Positions 58,922 to 64,000 of a stretch of DNA of 64,000 bases are shown here, piece after piece. The notes under the pieces were generated by a model. That model had not been told where the DNA came from and did no database searches. It saw nothing but the letters and a program-made list of their open reading frames with translations. Source of the DNA: an uncultured Dehalococcoidia bacterium (GTDB lineage Bacteria; Chloroflexota; Dehalococcoidia; Lucifugimonadales; UBA3495); contig CATMOE010000002.1 in NCBI GenBank assembly GCA_950072105.1, positions 32,001 through 96,000 on the forward strand, in the 5' to 3' direction. A program made the position numbers and the translations under genes. The stretch's first letter is position 1, and each line of letters opens with the position of its first letter.

Positions 58922-59221
58922 TTATCCGCTGGCCACCGCCGTATCGAACTCGAATATCTTCTCGGCGACCATCATTTTTAGCTCGTTGATCTTGGTGAGG
59001 TTGGGGAACCCGTTGGGGTCGGCCTTGCGGTCGAAGATCAACTCCCCGTTCAGCATGACTTCAAGCCTGCCTTGATGGACCGGGGTTAGCTTGATCGCCA
59101 CATCTCCGGGGTCATGGGCGGTCCACAACTCGGTCGCCATCCACGAGGCGACGGGATAGTAGCCTCAAGCCAAGCAGTAGATGACTTCAATCTCCACTTT
59201 GCCATACTCTGGATCCGGCAT
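58922..59221 (-). CDS. Rdx/SelW-like selenoprotein (CxxU), 99 aa
   Basis: AGGAGG RBS then ATG 59221: MPDPEYGKVEIEVIYCLA-TGA-GYYPVASWMATELW...GRLEVMLNGELIFDRK...FP; TGA at 59167-59165. Confidence 0.88.
59122..59164 (-). promoter_or_regulatory. Putative bacterial SECIS hairpin
   Basis: Starting 12 nt after UGA: GUCGCC-UC[GUG]GA-U-GGCGAC stem-loop with a G-led apical loop. Confidence 0.6.
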
Positions 59222-59321
59222 GTTCCTCCTAAGTTAAGGACCGATATATTCGCAGTGTAATCATTCCGTATATTGGATGCAACCGGACTAACACCCGGTG
59301 CTTTGATCTACGGCGGCGTTG

Positions 59322-59741
59322 CTAAACGATGGCGGTACCGATGCCGGCGGCGGTCCTGTCATGGTTCTGGTTTTCGCAGTGGAGGTCCACCGTGATTTCC
59401 GTCCCATTCTCAACCTGCCGCTGGCTGCTGACCGAGCCAGTGACGGTAATGGTATCCCCGTTCTTCACCGGGCGCAGAAACTTGAGATTGACGCTGCCGG
59501 TGTGATGAAAGACGTCGGGGCCGAAGAACTTGCGCATGGCTTCAGAAGCAAAGGCTATGGACATACGGCCGGAAGCCAGCGTATAGGTGGTGCCCAAGCG
59601 TTGCTTGGCCAGTTCTTCGTTGTTGTGGATATTTTCGCGCTCCAGAATCGCACAGGACTCGAACTGGAGAATACTTTCCGTGGTCACGGATTTGGTAACC
59701 GAGGGAATCTGAGCGCCGATCTCTATGTTTGTGGATTCCAT
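59322..59741 (-). CDS. MaoC-family dehydratase (hotdog)
   Basis: NIHNNEELA, LASGRM, LKFLRPVKNGDTI. Confidence 0.85.
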   Translation of the reverse strand: MESTNIEIGAQIPSVTKSVTTESILQFESCAILERENIHNNEELAKQRLGTTYTLASGRMSIAFASEAMRKFFGPDVFHHTGSVNLKFLRPVKNGDTITVTGSVSSQRQVENGTEITVDLHCENQNHDRTAAGIGTAIV

Positions 59742-60148
59742 TTCTTTCCTACCTCATCGGGTTTTTTCATTTGATACGTCTTAAGCCTTTCCAACAACCG
59801 CCCGTCCTCATCAGTGGCTGTGGCCTCGATCACCAGATAGGGCTTGTCCCGGCGAAGGTACTTGTCGGCGATGCGGCCTTTGACGAAGATTTTCTTGCCG
59901 GGGATGGGTGGGTTGAAAAACTCAACCTCGTTGCCCGCGTTTACACCGCCGGTGGTGTCGTTATAAACTATGTTCAGAGCGGTGGCATCGTGCTTGACGG
60001 CGAGTGTCGGAAAGCAGGCTTCAGGGTCGTCGATGGAAGCGCGGAAGTTGTCCAGCATTTCCTGGGTGAGGAGGTATTCGTAGGAGCCCAACTCCTCACC
60101 AATCTCCAGCTTGTCGTAGTCTAATATCTTCAGTGGTTGCTCGGCCAT
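59723..60148 (-). CDS. MaoC-like hotdog partner subunit
   Basis: VEFFNPPIPGK...GRIADKYLRRDKPY...ATDEDG; AGGAGG RBS. Confidence 0.8.
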   Translation of the reverse strand: MAEQPLKILDYDKLEIGEELGSYEYLLTQEMLDNFRASIDDPEACFPTLAVKHDATALNIVYNDTTGGVNAGNEVEFFNPPIPGKKIFVKGRIADKYLRRDKPYLVIEATATDEDGRLLERLKTYQMKKPDEVGKKWNPQT

Positions 60149-60330
60149 TTGCAATCTCCTCCTGGCTGTTGGGTGTCCGGCGAGCCTGACGTATTCTATC
60201 ATGTAACCGCCTAGCTCGGCGTCGTCGTGATCGGCCCCAGATGGGTTTGTCCTTAGCTCCCGCCATAGCCTATAATGAGCTTACCGATCCGGCCGGATGG
60301 ATGATTGTTGCAAGGAAAGCACAAAAGAGT

Positions 60331-61125
60331 ATGGACTTAACCTTCGACATAGGAGACCCACGACGCCCCAAAGGGCACGCCGTGTTGTATTTCCGGGTGG
60401 ACACGGAGCCGGATAAAGTGTACGCCACTTACGTTGTCACGCTGCCCATCAAGGCAGACCTGGGCAAGTATGTCCCGCCATTCCTGGCGACACATCTTGG
60501 CGGGCTGCCCTTGAACGATCTATCTGCCTTCGCCATGCCTCCGCTACCGGAACCCGTGGACAGCTTCACGGAGTTGGAGCGCATCAGCAAATTGAGGCAA
60601 GACGATCTGGTTTACGCCAGCAGTATGTTTTCCTTTGATCTGCCCCGAATGATGGAAGCGGTGACTGAGGCGGTACAGGCGTACTCCGACCTTTGGACTC
60701 AGTGCCTTGGCGATGCTGGCATGGCGCCTGTTGAGGCCATTGAAGAGGCCACCACTTCGGATGTCCCAGCCCCCGAAGTCGATGATGATCAGTCTTATCA
60801 GGTAAACGAGGTCCTCTTTGGCTTGATGAGCGAAAGCGACAAACTGGCTGAGTTGGCGCGCTTACTGGGGACTATGCGGTTCGCCGTGGAAGGCGGAGAC
60901 GCGGGCACCGTAGATGAGATGTCTCAAGAGATCACTGTCCTCGCCCGGCACCTGCCGGAGACTTTCCGAGTTAGCAGCCTGCTGGCGGTTGCCAAGGATA
61001 CGTCACAGAAAGCGTCAAGGTTGGCTCAACTTTATCTGGACCGCTGCTTCCGCTTATCCGCGGGCGATTATTCCACCGTTCAAGGTCTTGACGACGAGAT
61101 ACGTGCCCTCGAAACCCAGGAATAA
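60331..61125 (+). CDS. Hypothetical protein
   Basis: Long ORF with native codon usage; TATAAT upstream; no family recognised. Confidence 0.75.
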   Translation: MDLTFDIGDPRRPKGHAVLYFRVDTEPDKVYATYVVTLPIKADLGKYVPPFLATHLGGLPLNDLSAFAMPPLPEPVDSFTELERISKLRQDDLVYASSMFSFDLPRMMEAVTEAVQAYSDLWTQCLGDAGMAPVEAIEEATTSDVPAPEVDDDQSYQVNEVLFGLMSESDKLAELARLLGTMRFAVEGGDAGTVDEMSQEITVLARHLPETFRVSSLLAVAKDTSQKASRLAQLYLDRCFRLSAGDYSTVQGLDDEIRALETQE

Positions 61126-61270
61126 TCTGCTCCGCGCTTTCCCGTCCCCGAACGAGTATGTTCTCCCCGAAGATGACCCCTAACCGGTCCTGACTGTTTT
61201 AGCCCTACCCGGCTGGTACAATAAACGCGGCAAGCGCCTCAGGGCTAGGAGTTGCTACTTCCGGGAGGGA

Positions 61271-62497
61271 ATGGACCGGGTGGCCTACATCTCACGCCTC
61301 AGCCTGACTAATTTCCGCAATCTAGTGGAGCTGGAACTGGACCTCCCTATAGGCGTGTCCGTGTTTTATGGCGCCAATGCCCAGGGTAAGACCACATTGC
61401 TGGAGGCCATTTACCTCTTGGCGATCGCTCGCTCCTACCGGGCGGAGAACGAGCGGGAAGTGGTCAACTTCCAGGCGGCCGCCGAGGGAGGTCAAGCCTT
61501 GGTGGGAGGCATCGTCGAAAAGGACGGGGAGCGGCTGGCGGTCTACGTGGGTTACCAGAGCGTGCCCCACAGGACGGATCCTCAAAGCGCTGAGAGGGTT
61601 ACCGGGACTAAAGGCTACACCGTTCGAAAAGAGATCCGGGTTAGCCGGGTCCGCCGGACCGCCACCGAATTGGTGGGCATGGTCAATTCGGTTCTCTTCA
61701 CCGCCGACGATATCCAACTCGTCTTCGGTCCTCCGGCCGGCCGCAGGCGCTACTTAGACATCCTTATCTCCCAAGCTGACAATCAGTACCTGAAGGGGTT
61801 GCAGCGTTATCAGCGGGTGGTGCAGCAGCGCAACCAGCTACTGCGTCTCGTCCGGGACGGGCGTGCCAGGGCGGACGAATTGGAGTTCTGGGATGGGGAA
61901 TTGGTGCGTGAAGGGGCGTGGCTAACTTGGAAACGGCACGAAGCGATGAAAACGTTGTATTCTTGGTGCGCCCAGCGGCATCGTGATCTGAGCGGGACGG
62001 ACGAAGAGTTTCGGCTGGAATACCGTCCAAGCGTTCCGGTAGCTGAAGATTCTAATGCGGTCGAGAAAAACTTTCGCGATTCGTTGGCAGCAGCCCAAGC
62101 CAAAGAACGCGCCACCGCCGTTACGGCGGCAGGCCCGCACCGGGATGATTTCTCTCTTCTGATAGACGGGGTCGACATGGGCACCTTCGCGTCCCGTGGG
62201 CAGGCCCGCACCATCGCCCTTACGCTACGGTTGGCTGAGGCCGCCTATCTGTCGGCGGTGCGGCACGAGGCTCCCATTATCTTGCTAGACGACGTATTGT
62301 CGGAGATGGACGCGTCCCGCCGCTTACGAGTGATGGAGCAAGTGACCCAGTATCAACAAGTTTTGATCACCACCACCGACTTGGAGCCGGTGCGGGACTT
62401 CTTCGGCCCGGCGGCAAGTTACTTCCGGGTTGGCGAGGGTAAGGTTTACCGCGAGGATTATCAGCCGGATGGGTCGCATCCGGTGGGCACGTATTAA
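61271..62497 (+). CDS. recF: DNA replication/repair protein RecF
   Basis: NFRN, GANAQGKT.LLEA, RRRYLD, GPHRDD, SRGQ.R, LLDDVLSEMD. Confidence 0.96.
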   Translation: MDRVAYISRLSLTNFRNLVELELDLPIGVSVFYGANAQGKTTLLEAIYLLAIARSYRAENEREVVNFQAAAEGGQALVGGIVEKDGERLAVYVGYQSVPHRTDPQSAERVTGTKGYTVRKEIRVSRVRRTATELVGMVNSVLFTADDIQLVFGPPAGRRRYLDILISQADNQYLKGLQRYQRVVQQRNQLLRLVRDGRARADELEFWDGELVREGAWLTWKRHEAMKTLYSWCAQRHRDLSGTDEEFRLEYRPSVPVAEDSNAVEKNFRDSLAAAQAKERATAVTAAGPHRDDFSLLIDGVDMGTFASRGQARTIALTLRLAEAAYLSAVRHEAPIILLDDVLSEMDASRRLRVMEQVTQYQQVLITTTDLEPVRDFFGPAASYFRVGEGKVYREDYQPDGSHPVGTY

Positions 62498-62538
62498 ATG
62501 ACTCCTGATGTGTCCGAACGAAAGGTGCTAGAACCCCT

Positions 62539-64000
62539 ATGACAGTTACTCAACAAGAGCTGGATGAAATAGCCCTTTCCAGGGCCGAATACGACTTGAT
62601 CTTGGACCGGCTGGACCGGGAGCCTAACCCGGTGGAGCTGGGCATGTTCGGCGCTCTTTGGAGCGAACATTGCGGATACAAGCATTCCCGCCCTCTGCTG
62701 AAGTTGTTCCCCAGCCGCTCGCCTCGGGTGCTGTCCGATCCAGGTGCGGAGAACGCCGGCGCGGTGGACTTGGGGGATGGGATCGTAGCGGTCTTCAAAG
62801 TGGAGTCCCACAACCACCCCTCGGCCGTGGAACCCCTTCAGGGCGCGGCTACCGGTGTTGGCGGAATCGTGCGCGACATATTGGCTATGGGCGCCCGTCC
62901 AATCGCCCTGCTCAACTCCCTTCGCTTCGGTCCCCTGGATAACGCCCACAACCGCCACCTGTTCCAGGGCGTGGTGGGAGGCATCTCCTGGTACGGCAAC
63001 TGTATCGGGATCCCCGACGTGGGGGGCGAGATCTACTTCGACAGTTGCTATTCCCAAAACCCGCTGGTCAACGCCATGTGTGTTGGTTTGGTGAACAAGG
63101 CAGACCTGGCTACGTCAGCGGCGGGCGACGAGGGCAACGTCTTGCTGCTGGTGGGTTCAGGGACGGGCCGTGATGGGATCCACGGCGCTTCGGGGTTGGC
63201 TTCACGCACCTTTGAGGAAGCGCAGGAACTGCGGCCCACCGTGCAGGTTGGCAACCCGTTTCTGGAAAAAATCTTGATAGAATCCTGCCTCGAAGCCTTG
63301 GCAACCGGCGACGTGGTGGCGATCCAAGACCTGGGCGCCGCCGGACTGACCAGCTCAACCGTGGAATCGGCGGACAAGGCAGGGAAGGGGTTCATCCTGG
63401 ATATATCTCAGGTGCACCGGCGAGAGGACGGTATGACTCCCTACGATGTCATGCTGTCCGAGTCTCAAGAAAGAATGCTATTGGTGGTTGCGCCGGCCAA
63501 GGTAGAGAGGATTCGCCGGATCTTCGATAAGTGGGAGATTCCCTGCCGTGATATCGGGCGGGTGATCAGCGATCCCGTTGCCCGCATCGTCGAAGAGGAT
63601 AAAACGATAGCCCAGGTGCCCATTCGCCACCTGTCGGACGCCCCCAAGTACCGGCTTAAAGGGGTTCCTTCTGAGGATCAAGCGCGGCGGCAGCGGCTCT
63701 CCCTTTCCGAAGTGTCATTGCCCTCGGTAAGTCCGGAAGAGGTGCTGTTGCGGCTTCTGGGGGCCCCAAACATCGCCAGCAAAGAAGGGGTGTACCGCCA
63801 ATACGACCATCAGGTGCAAACCAACACGGTGGTGGGGCCTGGCAGCGATGCCGCTTTGCTGCGCCTCAGGGGCACGGACAGGGCCATTGCGTTGAGCATT
63901 GACGGCAATGGCCGCTATTGCTACCTGGACCCCTTCCGGGGCGGCCAGATAGCCGTGGCCGAAGTTTGCCGCAATCTGTCTTGCTCAGGCGCCGAACCGA
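62539..64000 (+). CDS. purL: Phosphoribosylformylglycinamidine synthase subunit PurL (3' end beyond the window)
   Basis: Manual translation: MTVTQQELDEIAL...WSEHCGYKHS...GAENAG...KVESHNHPSAVEPLQGAATGVGG..RDI...QDLGAAG...SESQERM. Confidence 0.96.
   Translation, partial: MTVTQQELDEIALSRAEYDLILDRLDREPNPVELGMFGALWSEHCGYKHSRPLLKLFPSRSPRVLSDPGAENAGAVDLGDGIVAVFKVESHNHPSAVEPLQGAATGVGGIVRDILAMGARPIALLNSLRFGPLDNAHNRHLFQGVVGGISWYGNCIGIPDVGGEIYFDSCYSQNPLVNAMCVGLVNKADLATSAAGDEGNVLLLVGSGTGRDGIHGASGLASRTFEEAQELRPTVQVGNPFLEKILIESCLEALATGDVVAIQDLGAAGLTSSTVESADKAGKGFILDISQVHRREDGMTPYDVMLSESQERMLLVVAPAKVERIRRIFDKWEIPCRDIGRVISDPVARIVEEDKTIAQVPIRHLSDAPKYRLKGVPSEDQARRQRLSLSEVSLPSVSPEEVLLRLLGAPNIASKEGVYRQYDHQVQTNTVVGPGSDAALLRLRGTDRAIALSIDGNGRYCYLDPFRGGQIAVAEVCRNLSCSGAEP

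Overview
GC-rich bacterial chromosomal segment. Gene content suggests a Chloroflexota (Dehalococcoidia/SAR202-like) organism, by inference only: LLM and F420-type enzymes, many MaoC and SDR paralogues, an auracyanin-like domain and Pro/Thr-linker lipoproteins. Housekeeping genes are intact (lysA, holB, cmk, plsC, gcvT-H-PA-PB, obgE, nadD, pyrE, recF, partial purL). The window also holds a complete caa3-type oxidase cluster (ctaABCDE plus subunit IV), a glycine-betaine ABC system and several catabolic clusters. I found no rRNA, tRNA, CRISPR array or transposase. Main observations: (1) an Rdx/SelW-type selenoprotein (CxxU, with a SECIS-like hairpin) that the ORF track truncates; (2) oxidase subunit IV fused to an auracyanin-like blue-copper domain; (3) a mycobacterial LprG/P55-like lipoprotein-MFS pair; (4) a ~1.75 kb AT-richer island flanked by a 10-bp duplication inside a REP-like hairpin, carrying a YD-repeat/Ig surface-protein gene with one in-frame TGA; (5) a REP-like palindrome inserted in frame in gcvPA; (6) a split SDR-SDR-hydratase cluster resembling fungal MFE-2; (7) several lesions confined to accessory genes.
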